From Balanoglossus misakiensis (Eukaryota; Animalia; Hemichordata), in assembly GCA_040954595.2 (NCBI GenBank), contig CM082583.2:10801656-10865655 (forward strand): a DNA stretch of 64,000 bases, read 5' to 3'. The position numbers and the translations under genes were made by a program. Below are positions 62,801 to 64,000 of the stretch, one piece after another. The stretch's first letter is position 1; the number at the start of each line of letters is the position of its first letter. The notes under the pieces are model-generated. The model saw nothing but the letters and a program-made list of their open reading frames with translations, had not been told where the DNA came from and did no database searches.

Positions 62801-64000
62801 CATGGTTTTTTTCAAAAAATGACCAAATTTTGAAAATTCGAAAAGTCGAAAAATCCTCGATTTTTGAACATTTTCCTGAGCTATAACCCATGGTTTTTTC
62901 AAAAAATGACAAAATTTTGAAAATTCGAAAAGTCGAAAAATCCTCGATTTTTGAACATTTTCCTGAGCTATAACCCATGGTTTTTTCAAAAAATGACCAA
63001 ATTTTGAAAATTCGCAAAGTCGAAAAATCGTCGATTTTTGAACATTTTCCTGAGCTATAACCCATGGTTTTTTCAAAAAATGACCAAATTTTGAAAATTC
63101 GCAAAGTCGAAAAATCCTCGATTTTTGAACATTTTCCTGAGCTATAACCCATGATTTTTTCAAAAAATGACCAAATTTTGAAAATTCGCAAAGTCGAAAA
63201 ATCCTCGATTTTTGAACATTTTCCTGAGCTATAACCCATAGTTTTTTCAAAAAATGACCAAATTTTGAAAATTCGCAAAGTCGAAAAATCCTCGATTTTT
63301 GAACATTTTCCTGAGCTATAACCCATGGTTTTTTCAAAAAATGACCAAATTTTGAAAATTCGCAAAGTCGAAAAATCCTCGATTTTTGAACATTTTCCTG
63401 AGCTATAACCCATGGTTTTTTCAAAAAATGACCAAATTTTGAAAATTCGAAAAGTCGAAAAATCCTCGATTTTTGAACATTTTCCTGAGCTATAACCCAT
63501 GGTTTTTTCAAAAAATGACCAAATTTTGAAAATTCGCAAAGTCGAAAAATCCTCGATTTTTGAACATTTTCCTGAGCTATAACCCATGGTTTTTTCAAAA
63601 AATGACCAAATTTTGAAAAGTCGAAAAGTCGAAAAATCCTCGATTTTTGAACATTTTCCTGAGCTATAACCCATGGTTTTTTCAAAAAATGACCAAATTT
63701 TGAAAATTCGAAAAGTCGAAAAATCCTCGATTTTTGAACATTTTCCTGAGCTATAACCCATGGTTTTTTCAAAAAATGACCAAATTTTGAAAATTCGAAA
63801 AGTCGAAAAATCCTCGATTTTTGAACATTTTCCTGAGCTATAACCCATGGTTTTTTCAAAAAATGACCAAATTTTGAAAATTCGAAAAGTCGAAAAATCC
63901 TCGATTTTTGAACATTTTCCTGAGCTATAACCCATGGTTTTTTCAAAAAATGACCAAATTTTGAAAATTCGAAAAGTCGAAAAATCCTCGATTTTTGAAC
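53865..64000. repeat. 87-bp tandem satellite array, roughly 116 copies in window, continues past the edge
   Basis: Unit ttttgaaaattcg(a/c)aaagtcgaaaaatcctcgatttttgaacattttcctgagctataacccatggttttttcaaaaaatgaccaaa, highly homogeneous. Confidence 0.98.

Noticed and set aside
53682-63946. Very long repetitive ORFs (KKPWVIAQENVQKSRIFRLFEFSKFGHFL)n and (MGYSSGKCSKIEDFSTFRIFKIWSFFEK)n
   Set aside because: The 87-bp unit is a multiple of 3 and happens to be stop-free in two minus-strand frames. Frequent 1-bp homopolymer indels switch frames freely, so there is no coding constraint.
53865-64000. CRISPR-like array
   Set aside because: No unique spacers; it is a pure tandem repeat in a eukaryotic context.

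Overview
Eukaryotic, intron-rich DNA from what looks like an invertebrate deuterostome (taxon inferred from protein similarity only). From left to right: two tandem CYP2-clan P450 genes (-) separated by an orphan 3' half of pyroglutamyl-peptidase I (+); a Dictyostelium dcd1/acid-ceramidase-like Ntn hydrolase (+); AF9/ENL YEATS gene (+); two tandem GH20 beta-hexosaminidases (-); snurportin-1 (+); RGS7-binding protein (-); a 604-bp foldback element with a 9-bp TSD; NUDT15 (+); an orphan class A GPCR (+); then about 10 kb of an 87-bp satellite that runs off the window. The long ORFs in the satellite are artefacts. The most notable system is the hexosaminidase pair. The upstream gene carries two 178-nt, apparently mutually exclusive exons encoding the active-site segment that separates vertebrate HexA from HexB specificity. 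The downstream paralogue has an intact reading frame but has lost the catalytic Asp and the substrate-binding Arg, so it is a candidate pseudoenzyme. Exon structures were assembled by eye and no database search was run.
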